Shown here one piece after another: positions 37,092-50,430 of a stretch of DNA of 64,000 nucleotides. The stretch is from Octopus sinensis (taxonomy: Eukaryota). How positions within the stretch are numbered: the first letter of the stretch is position 1; the number at the start of each line of letters is the position of its first letter. The DNA is taken from NCBI RefSeq assembly GCF_006345805.1, contig NC_043000.1:120776001-120840000 (forward strand). The letters are read 5' to 3'. A program made the position numbers and the translations under genes. The notes under the pieces were generated by a model. The model was not told the origin of the DNA and ran no database searches. It worked only from the letters and a program-made list of their open reading frames with translations.

Positions 37092-37240
37092 ATGTGTGTG
37101 TGTGTGTGTACCTGTGCTTAACGTCCCTAGTGTCATAGCCTTTCTGAAAAAATAATCGATAGCATAAGTACCAGACTTTAACATGAAAATAAGTAATACG
37201 GTCGATTTGTTCGACTAAATTTCTTTAAGACGGTGCACTA
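36445..37240 (+). mobile_element. Old SINE B with a SINE A dimer (~36625-37040) inserted in its internal microsatellite
   Basis: B head, (AT)n, A dimer, (AT)(GT)n, degenerate B tail. Confidence 0.7.
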
Positions 37241-39446
37241 GTCAAGCTAGGGAAGCACGTGGAATATACAAGTCAAAGATTAAACTTTATGACTATTCAT
37301 AATATCTAGTTTCCATTGGAAGATCACTAAATAAGTGGTTTGGAAGAATAGTAGGTCTCAGTGAAGAAAGGGTGTAAATTGTTTCCAGGCCTATTCAAAT
37401 ATATAACAGTCGCCATTGAATCTTTTGAAGAAAAAAATTGTTGACGTATGATTTGGATTACTTAATAATCTGTGTATCAGAGATAATATTGATTCAAGAG
37501 GGTAAATTAAAGAGAAAATTAGAGATCTTACAAAATGCTTTGATATAATTGAGACACAATATGGAATACTGACAAAAAAATAACGATAAATAATCTAGTT
37601 GAAACAAAAAAAAATTTAATCCAACTGAAATTGTTAATCCAATTGAAATCGTTAGCCCACTGAAAATGTCCATTCCAAATATAATTAAAACAAAAGACTC
37701 TCAAACAAGTTGATTATAAATATTTAAGAAACATAACAGGAGACATGAGATCAAAGACAGACAGTAAAATACCAGAATGTTACAACCACAACATCTTTAG
37801 CAAGATTACAACTTGTTTGCCGGATTAAAATTATTATAATGGCTCCAAAAATTTTTTTTCTTGTAAGAGCCATATTAATTTCAACTGTACACTAAGAATA
37901 AAACATCATGGATGCTAGTTGCAGAATGTGAAGAAATACAAAGTTCTCTGAAGTGAAACATTATTTTGAAATGAAATGAAATAAAACATATTTTGCATTC
38001 CATAAACAGTATATCGAAATAAATTGAGAGTTAATAAAGAAATTTCTAGGAAATCAGCGTGACGTTCAGTTCATCCATCGATTGATCTAAGGTAGAAAAT
38101 AAAATGATTTAGTCATTACAACACGGCATCATACTACGAAAAAGAACGACAATATACTTCTTTTAACACCAGGCATTATCTTAGACCGTCTATGTTTGAA
38201 GTAACACTTAACTCTCCTTGAAATTACGCACTGCTGATTTAAAATATAAAGAACACATTGTTTGATAAATCAGATCTGATCGGTTCCTAAACAGTAACTA
38301 AGACAACAAATTTTAGCGAATATGGCCATGAACAGGCAATAAACTTAGGAAAAAGCGCATAGGAAAAACACAAAGATGGATGCGTGCGTAGCATTAAGAA
38401 TTGACCCGGCAGAAACGAATATATGCGTTTTGACCGAAATCGATTTTTTCTATCTCTGGCGAGTTAACTCGTCAAAAGATAGACTCGCCAAAATCGACAG
38501 CAAACGAGTTCCTTTGTCTATTATAAACTCTTTTTTGACATATATGAGTATATTCGCTCACTTTATACGTCTGGCAGTGACGATTTCTGCCACCTTTCGC
38601 TTGAGTAAGGCATTGAAGACCGAGTATGATTATTTTGTATCTCTTTTTTGTCATTACTAACAGTTTTGAAGTAATAAAATCAACAGAAGTAAGCAATCAT
38701 GTTTTGATCATTCATTCTAAATTTGGAAAATAAGATAACCAAATAAAATAACATGATTTTTTGTAAAAGTAATATGATTTATCAAAAAACCGGGTTAACT
38801 CGTTTCTGCCCAAAGTGGTAATTTAAAATCAATATTATTGAATTAAAATTCATAATAAATAAGGTTTGAAATATACCTCGAAATCACCATTCAAAACATA
38901 GTAAAATAAAACAATTAAAAAATATGTCTGAAAAAATACATTTATTTTCAAAATAATTGTTGGGTAAGGGGTTAAGCAGAAATGTCGTGAAGAAATGAAG
39001 ATGACTCAAATACGGAAACGATAGAGGGGAGTCATTGTTCTCTAGTATATTGTTGGTTTACTTATTTTACAAAATTGATTGATTGAAACACTTAATAAGC
39101 ATCCTCCCTCATCTATATGCACGGGAACATAAGGTTGGGGGAAAATGTTTTCTCAAGCAAACTCGCATCATCCTAGTAACATTATTTTTTTGGCGAAACG
39201 ACCAAGGGAGACAAATTAGAGCAATTCTGATCAATAAGTCCCTTTAACGAAAATACGGAATAATATTAACTAAAAGATATGCTATTTAATCACCGTATTA
39301 ATCTCTGAAATGAATATTTTTTGATACTGAAAGAAAAAAAAAACGAGAATTAAAATGTTCATATCTTAACTACGTAAATATATTATCAGCGACTGTTTAT
39401 ACGTAAATTATCAATTAATATCATTTCTTAAAATCACCCGAGGATT

Positions 39447-39642
39447 CTCTTTTATTCTTTTAATCTTTTACTTGTTTCAGTCATTTGACTGTGGGCATGC
39501 TAGAGCACCGCCTTTAGTCGAGCAAATCAACATCAGCACTTATTCTATCGGCCTCTTTTGCCGAATCGCTAAGTTATGGAGATGTAGACACACCAGCATC
39601 CGTTGTGAAGCGATGTCGGGAAGACAAAACACAAACACACAA

Positions 39643-39700
<58 letters not shown>

Positions 39701-39855
39701 GACGGGCTTCTTTCAGTTTTCGTCTACCAAATTCACACACAAGGCGTTGGTCGGCCCGAGGCTATAGTAGAAGACACTTGCCCAAGGTGCCACACAGTGG
39801 GACTGAACCTGGAACCATGCTGTTTGTAAGCAAGGTACTTATCACACAGCCACCA
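39447..39855 (-). mobile_element. SINE family B
   Basis: Near full length, reverse orientation. Confidence 0.85.
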
Positions 39856-42498
39856 GGCGCCACCGCCGCCTCAACATATCCCCGGCTGAGCTCTCGGCTC
39901 TTCGTTCTATCCAACGGCGCGCTGACATTGTCATCAAACCGGCTGACAAGGGTGGGGCTGTGGTGGTGTGTGGCGAGCGGACCTCTACAGGGCCGAGGCG
40001 CTCCGCTAACTCAATGACACCTCTTTCTACTCCCCTCTGTCCTCTGACCCCACGCTTAGCTTCCAACAGACGGTATCCTCTACTGTCCACGACCTCATCT
40101 CGTCCTCCCGTCTCCCCCATACCGCATCCAACCTCATTGTCCGAACCCCACGCACCCCCACAATTTACTTCCTCCCCCAAATCCACAAACCCAACAACCG
40201 TCTCCGCATGTAACTGCCCCACGGAGCTCATCTCAAAATACCTCGACCGTGTCCTTGCCCCCTAGTGGCGGCTCATCCCTCCCACATCCACGACACCAAC
40301 CAATGCTCTCCGGCTTTTCAACTCTTTCTCCTTTCCTCCCGGCTCCTCCAAAATCCTTTTTACAATGGACATCCAGAGCCGTCATCCCTCACCATGAAGG
40401 ACTGCGGGCACTTCAACACTTTCTCGACCTCCGCCCCAACCCCGAACCCAACACCTCCACACTCATTCGTCTGGCCGAACTTGTCCTTTCTCTTAACTGC
40501 TTCTCGTTCGCGGGCGAGTTCTACCAATAGTCTCGGGAGTGGTCATGGGAACGCGAATGGGCCCCAACTATGCGAACCTGTTCGTTGGCTATGTTGAGGC
40601 CCAAATATTCTCTAGTTTCACTGGTCCCACTCCCGAACTATACGGTCATTACATTGACGACATTATCGGTGCCACTTCACTCTCCCGTGAACATCTAGAT
40701 TCCTTCCTCTCTTTCGTTTAATCCTTCCATCCTGCCCTCCACTTCACCTCCACTATCTCCAACACCTCTGTCTCCTTCCTCGACATTTCGGTCAGCATTC
40801 ATCACTCCACTCTTATCACCTCCATTTACTACAAACACACAGACTCACACTCATACCTAAACTTCTCTTCCTCCCACCCCAAACACACCAAGCTTTCCAT
40901 CCCTATTCCCAATTACTCCGTCTACGTAGGCTCTGTAGTGACGACCATGACTTTGGGACTCAGTCTCAACTCATGGCTCGCCACTTCATCCTATGTGGAT
41001 ACCCCCTCACCACCATCCACACCGCCCTTGCCAGAGCACGTTCCGTAGACCGTGAATCTGCTCTCTCCCCCCGAACCCGCCCTGCAGTCTCCCGCCTCCC
41101 TTTTCCCCTCACTTACCACCCCACCACCCTACCTCTCCAACGCACCATTCTTCGAGCTTTCCGGCATCTCCAGTCCGACCCGTCCACTTCACACCTCTTT
41201 CCTAACCGACCCCTCCCCTCTTTCAAACGTGCCCATAACCTACGAGACCTCTTGGTCCACAGCTTCTTCCCTGACCCTAGCTCCCAACCTGGCTCGTTCC
41301 CCTGCTCCCGCCCACGTTGCCGCACTTGCCCTTACCTCTCCAACACCACCGTCCTCACCGGCACCCATCATCAACACTATCGCATCATCTACTCCTTCAC
41401 CTGCTCTCTCTGCCATTCCCTGTACATCGGACAAGCGGGACGCCGCTTGGCTGACCGGCTCGCGGAACACCTCCGAGACATCTGCGTTGCTAATGACACA
41501 CCGGTCTCACGCCATTTCCGCTCCGCCGGTCACTCCTTGCAACACCTGTCTGTGTTCGGATTGTCCTTGCACAGAGGCCATCCGGATTCCCTGTGAGCAG
41601 GGATTAATCTTCTCTCTTCGCTCTTTTACGCCATTTGGTCTCAACTCTCCCCCCCTTTTCATCTACCCCCCTTTTCATCTAACCTCCCTCCCGACAGTCC
41701 TTCTTCTTTTCACCCCGACTCTCTTTCCCTCCTCTTCCCTTCTTTCCCTTCTTCCCTCTTCTTCTTTCTTCTTTCTTCTTCCTTCTTCCCTTTCTCTCTT
41801 TCTCTCTGCTCCCTCCCTTCCCTTATCTCTCTCCCCCTCCCCTCCTCCCCTCCTCTCTCTTCTCTCCCCACAACCCCCACTCTACTACAACCCCCAGCCG
41901 AACCCACACCCCACATGGGCTTTCTCCACTCTCGCCCCCACCTCCCCACAACATCACACCACACCACACTACGCTACACCATACGACATTACACATCACA
42001 TTACAACACACCGCCCACAGCACACAGCCCTACACCCATCCCCACATCTTTACACCTACACATACATACACATATCATATCACAACACACCACCCACACA
42101 CCCATCCCCATATCTCCACACCCACACATACATACACACGTCCAGACTACCAGCCCTCTTTCTCACGCACATACATACTCTCTTATACACACACGCACCT
42201 TCATGTTGGGGCGATGTCACTTGACCCTATTATCTCCCCTACTATCCCTCTAGCGTCTAACGTCTGACCTCTGATCTCTGACTTCTGCCTGAAATCAGAA
42301 CGCCATGTTGGACCGTTAGCTCCTACACGCATTTTTTCTCTCTCCTTGTTTCTTTTCTGTGTATCTTTCTGTCGAAAAGCGTAGGCTCGAAACGTAAAAG
42401 ACTTGTTTTATTTCTATTCCTGAGCGCCATACTAATACAATTGTTTGTTTGTACTCCACCTGCCTTCGTCTTTTGTTTATTTTCGTAAACCTTCCCGT
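39856..42498 (+). mobile_element. 5'-truncated Neptune-type Penelope-like element (RT, Cys linker, GIY-YIG, 3' UTR, pLTR)
   Basis: KPADKG, MGTRMGPNYANLFVG, YIDD, FLDI, PCSRPRCRTCPY, YIGQAGRRL.DRL.EH, EQ.LIF.L....P.GLN; several frameshifts and stops; hammerhead-like motif at 42364-42401. Confidence 0.9.
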
Positions 42499-42560
<62 letters not shown>

Positions 42561-43464
42561 TATACATATTTCTATATTAGAAGCTATTCACTAGAGAGCC
42601 AGAGAGTTAATCACTGCAAAACCAGCAAAGCAGTTGCTACCAAACCAGTAATGAAGACACTACGCGTATACCAAGTGAGATTGTCAGTATGATAATAGTT
42701 ACGGAACCAGTAATCTAGTTTTAAGACAACCAGCAAGCAACGATGAAGTCTATACATTTGCCCATAAGGCTTAATGATAAAGAATTTTCGGAGTCATCTA
42801 CTTCGTTGCTCATCACAAGAATAATGTTTGGAAACATGTGATATCTTTCCTAATAGCGTATTTGGCTCTGGTACGTTCTGAGTTCTAATTCCGCCGAGGT
42901 TGACGTTGCCTTGCATCCTTCCGAGGTCGATAAATTAAATACTAGTGAAATACTGGAATCGATGAAATGGAGTATCGCCCTCGCCACAAATTCCAGGCCT
43001 TGTGCTGATAATAGAAATTATTATTTTGTGTGAAATAGGCAGAAGAATACTTAACATTTTTCTGACGTACCTTATTGACCTAAAATTCTACTGAGATCAG
43101 CTTTGCCTTTCATTATTATATAAAATAAGTGCCGTTTAAGCACTGGAGTCAATGTAATTGACTAACCTTCACCCATCACAAGATTTCGGTATCTATGCCT
43201 ATTGGAAGAAGGCGTTATTTAGCGCGATAAGTCGGTGGCCAACTGTCAGAATTGTTGGCACGCCGGGCACAGTGCTTAGCGGGATTTCTTCCGTGTTTAC
43301 ATTCTAAGTTCAAATTCTGCCAAGTTCGACTATCCTTCTCCACGAAAGTTTCAGGCCTTGTATCGATAGAAGAAAGAATTATTTAGTGTGAGAGGTAGGC
43401 TGTGAATTGGCAAAATCGACAGAGCGTCGAAGATAATATCATGTGGTATTTTATCTGACAAGGG

Positions 43465-43880
43465 CGCTGAGCTGGCAGAAAAGTTAGAACGGCGGGCGAA
43501 ATGCTTAGCAGTATTTCGTCTGCCGTTACGTTCTGAGTTCAAATTCTGCCGAGATCGACTTTGCCTTTCATCCTTTCAGGGTCGATTAAATAAGTACCAG
43601 TTACGCACTGGGGTCGATATAATCGACTTAATCCGTTTGTCTGTGCTTGTTTGTCCCCTCTGTGTTTAGCCCCTTGTGGGTAGTAAAGAAATAGGTATTT
43701 CATCTGCCGCTACGTTCTGAGTTCAAATTCCGCCGAGGTCGACTTTGCCTTTCATCCTTTCGGGGTCAATTAAATAAGTACCAGTTACGCACTGGAGTCG
43801 ATATAATCGAATTAATCCGCTTGTCTGTCCCTGTTTGTCCTCTCTGTGTTTAGCCCCTTGTGGGTAGTAAAGAAATAGGT
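43465..43880 (+). mobile_element. SINE family A dimer
   Basis: Head plus two tail-1 bodies. Confidence 0.85.
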
Positions 43881-45321
43881 ATTTTATCTGACTTTATAAA
43901 TTTTGAATTCACATCCCAGAGATCAACTTTGCCTATCTTCCCCAGATTCTCAATAAAATATAGCAGTGCTGAATTACTTGGTGGAATTAATCAACTAAGC
44001 CCCTCCCACCAGATATCTGTTCTTGTTCCAAATTTAGAAAGGATTTTAAGACGACGAGTAACGCTTATTTCTTACGCAAGCTTTCCTCAGCAATATATTT
44101 TAACCTTTATGAAGGTCGTAACGACCAACTTTATGATGATAAATGTAAAATGCTTTACTTTGATTGGATTCAAGTGGGTGGTACTTTCTAAAGATTTGCT
44201 AACTACAGCTGGCTGGCAAGAAAATTGAGCTATGGAGAGTTAAACATTTAACTGAAATAGACAGATAAAGTCTTTTTTAATGGTTAGTGGAGGAAAGATA
44301 ATATACGTGACCTTTCGCAGAATGGCCAGTACTGATGGGAAGAAAGGAAGAAACCACGGAGCATGGTTTCTGCATCAGGAAGCGAATTCATTCATATTTC
44401 AATGACCTTCTTGTAATAGAGCAGTCTCGGCTAATAACAATCAGGTTAGTACCTTCGTACTTAAATATAGCCAGCACAAAAAAAAAAGAGAAAAAGAAAA
44501 ATCAATACAACTTATGCGGCGAGAAGAATAAACTTATAACATCAGTCTCTTATGATATTTTAATCTAATTTTGTCGTGCTAAGTGTGTTTTGGCTTTATA
44601 TAGCTTCCCTACGGAAGCACGTCTTTAGTATATGCTTATTTCCTGGTAACCGTATCCTTATAAACATACACAATAATACACACAGGTAGACGAGAACTTA
44701 TTCTGAACACGCTGGAATGGTGACGTAGAAAAGAAAATCACTTTGCAGCCACGTGGTATTAGGGTCAGTTCTTATATACACATTGAAGTTTTACTATAGC
44801 GTCGTAAATGTATCGACTGCTATTTCCAGTAAACATGGCTGCTTTGTTGTACCACTACTCTATATTTATACTTCTATCTTTATTGTGCTTTATTTTACTG
44901 CAAAGTAATACATTTCTATCTAATATCTATTGTAATATTTTATTTTTCATTGAAACTTTTATCACTGTTCTCGGTCTGTGAACGGCTAAGCGTCCAGACG
45001 AGTATACTGGCTTTGATGTAGCAGCATTTGAAATGTTGTCCAGGTAAATCCAGTTCATGAAGACTAATCAAATTTACGATAACAAACGTATTTGAAGAGT
45101 CTGAAACCTAGGTACTGAATTATCCGATTCTGCGTTGTCCATTTATATAATTTTCTTCCTAGAAGGTAAGACAATTTCATTTTTCATGTTTGCTGCCCTC
45201 ACACGTCTTTGTCAGTATAACGCAGTAAAGCTTTACTGTAGCGTCGTCAATGTATCGACTACTATTTCCAGTAAACATTGCTGCTTTGTTATACCACTAC
45301 CATCTCTCTCTCTCTCTCTCA

Positions 45322-45387
<66 letters not shown>

Positions 45388-45388
<1 letters not shown>

Positions 45389-45593
45389 ACATGTGATCTC
45401 TTGAGCACCACCAGCAAAAATATTTTTTCCTCTGTCTTCCCTTCTTGAGATCTTTCCTTCTCCTTGTTTCCGACGAAGAGCTCCGCTCGAAACGTTAAAC
45501 CCTCCTTCCCTTCTTTCCTGAGCGTCAAATTATACTTTAATTGTTCAACGTCCTCGCGTTGCTGTGTTTTTTTCTGTGTTTTCTTGTTTGGAT

Positions 45594-45598
<5 letters not shown>
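45388..45598 (+). mobile_element. Solo pLTR-like fragment between two (AT)n tracts, hammerhead-like motif
   Basis: GTTT CCGACGA A GAGC TCC GCTC GAAAC GTT AAAC at 45466-45500; downstream TTCCTGAGCG shared with the Neptune pLTR. Confidence 0.6.
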
Positions 45599-45638
<40 letters not shown>

Positions 45639-45825
45639 ATTGGCAGGTGGATGTCTCCGGGATCGTTCGGCAGGATGCCCGAGACGTCAGCCTAAGGCGC
45701 CGTCAGCCCGGCGGGTGGCCGCCGCCTTCACGCCACCTTGCTTTCTCCGTGTAAAGGCGATGCTCCTGCATGGCCGCAGTCAAATGACTGAAACAAGTAA
45801 AAGAGTACAAAGAGTATATATATAT

Positions 45826-46062
45826 GGAGGCGCAATGGCCCAATGGCCCAATGGTTAGGGCAGCGGATTCGCGGTCGTAGGATCGCGGTTTCGATTCCCA
45901 GACTAGGCGTCGTGAGTGTTTATTGAGCGAAAACGCCTAAAGCTCCACGAGCCTCCGGCAGTGGGTTTTTGGCGACCCCTGTTTTACTCTTTCGCCCCAA
46001 CTTTCTCTCACTCTTTCTTCTGCTGGCCTGCTCGCTTAGCCAGCGGGGTGGCGTCACTTGAA
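45826..46062 (+). mobile_element. tRNA-derived SINE family C, 3' truncated
   Basis: GGAGGCGCAATGGCC..GGTTAGGGCAGCGG..TTCGATTCCC head; matches 48131-48440. Confidence 0.8.
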
Positions 46063-46475
46063 GAACTAAGTAGTGGGGTCAATTTATTCGACTAAGGTTA
46101 TTCAAGGGAAAATCCAGCATGACCGCAGTTCAGTGACTGAAGCAAGGAAAAAAACCAAGAAAACAATAGATATGTCGCTCAGATAGTGATGTTCATTTGC
46201 AAAACGGATTAGATATACTAACAAATAACAACTACTGTTTATTTGGCAGGCTTCCGTACAGTTGTCACTGATTTAATTTTACATGCAGCTAATATATTAC
46301 AACTGAAATTTCACGTAGAGGCAACGCACGATGTGCCGATTAGAAGATAAAAATAGCTTATATTGATTCAAAAATAAAATATCGATTCAATTTTACCTCA
46401 TATTTGCTCCTGAATATTACGGATACCATTGTAAGGAGTGAATTAGGCATCAGGCGCATATTTACAGATGCTTAC

Positions 46476-46522
<47 letters not shown>

Positions 46523-47442
46523 TACATATATTTGTGTGGTGTGTGCGTGAGTGTATGTGTACATCTGTACAGAAATATGTATGTATTTCAGTAGGAGACA
46601 GAGAGACAGATGGAGAGAGAGAGAGAGAGGGAGAGAGAGAGAGAAAGAGAGAGGGAGAGAGCGAAGAGCGAATGGGTGAGACAGCAGAATTTTATTTGTT
46701 ATTGATCGTCAACTGAACAATACAGATGCAGTCATTGGACAAGATTGCTAATTGAGCTCGCAGACGTAAAATCAGCAATCTTAGGAATTAATAGCCACGT
46801 GAGTGCCATCATAGTTAATGTAATGAAGAAAATCTAATTAATTAATAATATTTATGCAATGAGGAGAACAAAACATTAGCTGAATAACAAATAGTATTTT
46901 AATCTAATTTTCTCAGGTATGGATGACAACTCCGGATGTGTTCCGATCTTATAAGATCTCGTTAGTGAAACATAACTTCCTTAGTGATTGCGAAATTCTT
47001 GGCAAGGGCATCGCTATATTCTTGTACTTTTCTAGACGTGTACAAGATTAAAATTAATAGACAAGTTATACAAACACCAATGAAAACTAACGAAAAGTAA
47101 TTATGTAGTGTGAATATAAAAATATATATTAATGCTTAAGTAATATTATAATCTAATTTTCCCATGTATGGACGACAACTTCGGATGTATTCCGATCTTA
47201 TAAGATCTCGTCTGTGAAACATATCTTCTTCAGGGATTGTCATATTTAGGATAAGAACATCGCTCTGTTTTTATTCGCTTGTACGAGGTTAAAATAGTCA
47301 AGTTAGTGTTATAGAAAAAACAACATTGAAAAACTAACCAGAAATAATTAGTTTGAGCGTAACAATGCAAATTAATAACTAATGCCATTCCTCCCATAGT
47401 TTAATTACAAGTGACAAAGGCAGCGAGCCGCCAGAATTGTGA

Positions 47443-47615
47443 GCCGCCAGTCGATTAGATCGACCCCAGTGCGCAACTGGTTCTTAATTCATCGACCCCG
47501 AAATGATGAGAAGCAAAGTCGACCTCGGCGGATTTGAACTCAGAATGTAGTGGCATGCGAAATACCCCTAAGCATTTCGCCCGGCATGCTAACGATTCTG
47601 CCAGCTTGCCGCCTT
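47443..47615 (-). mobile_element. SINE family A, partial
   Basis: Head and body match. Confidence 0.75.
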
Positions 47616-48130
47616 ATAGGTCCCGGCTCATTGCGGATCGACAACGCTTGTGATGACACTGTTGACACGGTTAACGGCCGAAGTTTTTGACTTTCTTTTG
47701 GATAAACACCATTTGCGTGACGAAGGAAAATTTCCATGAATTGTCACTGCAAGTCTTTTTCAATGAAACCTGATCTTGCCAGAATATACATGTGCCGAAC
47801 TACGGTCTTCATCTATAAACGAGAAAACGTTACATAATTTATTCCTACGTACGTAATAAAAGGTAAAGAACAAGGAAGGGTGGATGTAACTGAGATTGGA
47901 TTTTGATATGGCCTATCAGGCTTGAGTTTTAGCTAAAGAAACAACAACAGATCAACAACATCCGAGCAGATGCATGTTAAAAAATCCCGCAGATATCTCC
48001 CCTCTTAAAGATGAAAGATAACCCTGTTATATTGTACTGGCTCCAATTCAAATACGTTAAGGAGAAATGAATATACTTTCCCTCAGCGGTCTGAGGACCT
48101 GGTGCAAATATGTCAATATGTATAAATAAT

Positions 48131-48440
48131 CACCGTGATCACGTTGACCGACCAGGCTATCAGATGTTGCTACACATCGCTGGTCTGAATGCGCCTCGCA
48201 TTGCTTTAGCCTTCAAATGACGCCACCCCGCTGGCTAAGCGAGCAGGCCAACAGGAAGAGAGAGTGAGAGAAAGTTGCGGCGAAAGAGTACAGCAGGGAT
48301 CGCCACCACCCCCTGCTGGAGCCTCGTGGAGCTTTAGGTGTTTTCGCTCAATAAACACTCGCAACACCCAGTCTGGGAATCGAAACCGCGATCTCACGAC
48401 CGCGAGTCCGCTGCCCTAACTACTGGGCTATTGCGCCTCC
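48131..48440 (-). mobile_element. tRNA-derived SINE family C
   Basis: Longer copy of 45826-46062. Confidence 0.8.
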
Positions 48441-49162
48441 ACGTATAAATAATACACATAGAAATTAGTTCACAAGTTTCTATGGTGAATGTGCCATATC
48501 AAATCACGATTGTCCATTTGGATTTCAAGACTATCAACAAATGATCAAGGATGACAGATACTCTCGTGTTCAAGAGTAACATAGTCTTTGAGATGATCTG
48601 CTGTAGAGAATGTTATTTGCTGAGTAATTGTGAAATATTATCAGATAATCTGCATAAATAATTCAAGACATATCTATACGTAATATTTTATTCATCACCA
48701 GAAAATTGTATATTTAATTAGCAAGATACAAATTAGGTATTTTGGTTAAGCCACTCCCACATACTGTTGGTAACATGCAACTTAATGTAACTTGTCAGAT
48801 GGCGGGTCACCGGCAGCTAATCTAGTAAGTAATTAGGATAACCAAGTAAACGCGTGTATTAGAAACCCGGCAAAATAAAATAAACATGTCAAAAGATCAA
48901 AAAGCCGGTCTTACTCAGATGTTGAGCAACAGGTTATCTAGTATTAGTGTAGAGGGACATGGAAATACTCGAATTGATGACTGCCTGCCTACTATGAATT
49001 TTGGAGTTTGGGTAGACGCAAAAAAGAGGGATACCAAATCCACTTCGGTGATATATGGAATCAGATTGTAACTAAGTAACCGTAAATACGTTCTCCAATA
49101 TATTTTGTCCAGGAATTTGAATTTCCAGTAACTCATCAGTTTTCTATCAAATAAATAATGTT

Positions 49163-49410
49163 TATTCTGTTGTGTCTGGGGAGAGTCGTTTTCTTTCTGT
49201 GCCTTTTAATTTAACACACTCACCGGTAAAATTTCCACTTATTTCTTATTTTTATTTTCCTAAAATTTCCATTGCGTCTTGCAACCTTTTCAATAGTCTT
49301 GACTTTATAAGGCACAAAAAGAAAATGACTCTCCCCAGACACAACAGAATATGCTTCAACACACGAACTCATATAAAGAATATTGCAAACCAAATCCCAA
49401 AACGAAAAAT
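49163..49410. repeat. 43-bp inverted repeat plus a segment related to the Penelope 3' pLTR terminus
   Basis: 49163-49205 vs 49309-49351; 49340-49400 resembles the reverse complement of 11080-11140. Confidence 0.6.
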
Positions 49411-50198
49411 AATGTTTAGTATCCTTAGAAATGTCCTCCATGGAAACAGGTCAAATATAATTTAATTAAAAAGAAATTATAGAAGTATTTAATGAGTACA
49501 TTTTAGAATGTTCTACATGGGGAGAAACCATGCTTAATATGTTTGCATAAAGCATATTCATTTTCATGTATGACCCCTGATTTGTTTTACAAAAGCCTTC
49601 AGAAATGTTCATAAAGAAAATTTAAATTTGTGATTCAATATAATCCATAAGCAAGGGTTATGACGAAGCAGCAGCAGCAGCAGCAAAAGGTTCAATAACA
49701 TGTCATGTGATTTATAAGTAGGCTGTAATTTCAAATTCCGCCATTGTCGACTTCTGCATCTATCCTTTGGCAGTTCAGAAAATAAATTCCACAAAAGAAC
49801 CGAGGTATTATTAATCGACTGTTTCCCACTGTAAACAAAATGTGTTGCATTGTGCCAAAGTGAGAAATCAATATTATTCACAAATGTAAAATCGAATTTA
49901 GGAATAGTATTTTGCGTAAAAAATATGCTCATTCCGATGCGAAATTTTCTCTGATGAATAATAAATATGCGTAGATTGTTCTGCTAAAATTACACAGTGA
50001 GTGAAGGTAACCTTTCTTCTGGAATATTTGGATGAAGTTAACGTAGTCTTTTATATATTTATATATAATTAGGAAGGTGATGCGGTAACATCTAAGACAA
50101 AAAGCTTGGTAGTATTTCGTCCGTCTGTACGGCCTGTGTTCAAATTCCACTGAGGTTCACTTTGCCTTTCAGCCCTCTCGTTTCGATGAAATAAGTAC

Positions 50199-50430
50199 CT
50201 ATTTCTTTACTACCCACAAGGGGCTAAACACAGAGGAGACAAATAAGGACAGACAGACGGATTAAGTCGATTATATCGACCCCAGTGCGTAACTGGTACT
50301 CAATTTATCGACCCCGAAAGGATGAAAGGCAAAGTCGACCTCGGCGGAATTTGAACTCAGAACGTAACGGCAGACGAAATACTGCTGAGCATTTCGCCCG
50401 GCGTGCTAACAATTCTGCCAGCTCGCCGCC
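50199..50430 (-). mobile_element. SINE family A nested in an older SINE A
   Basis: Flanking direct repeat TTCGATGAAATAAGTACC. Confidence 0.85.

Noticed and set aside
38398-38975. Possible piggyBac-like MITE (..GGGTTAA end)
   Set aside because: The left end lacks a clean TTAA and matching TIR; too degenerate to call.
39856-41660. Selenocysteine read-through in the Penelope-like ORFs
   Set aside because: The interruptions I checked are TAG/TAA and frameshifts, not conserved in-frame TGA; no SECIS was seen.
41052-42224. 390-aa Ser/Pro/Leu-rich ORF, the longest in the window
   Set aside because: Mostly an alternative frame of the C-rich PLE plus its UTR; only the short EQGLIF..PFGLN stretch is the true frameshifted C-terminus.
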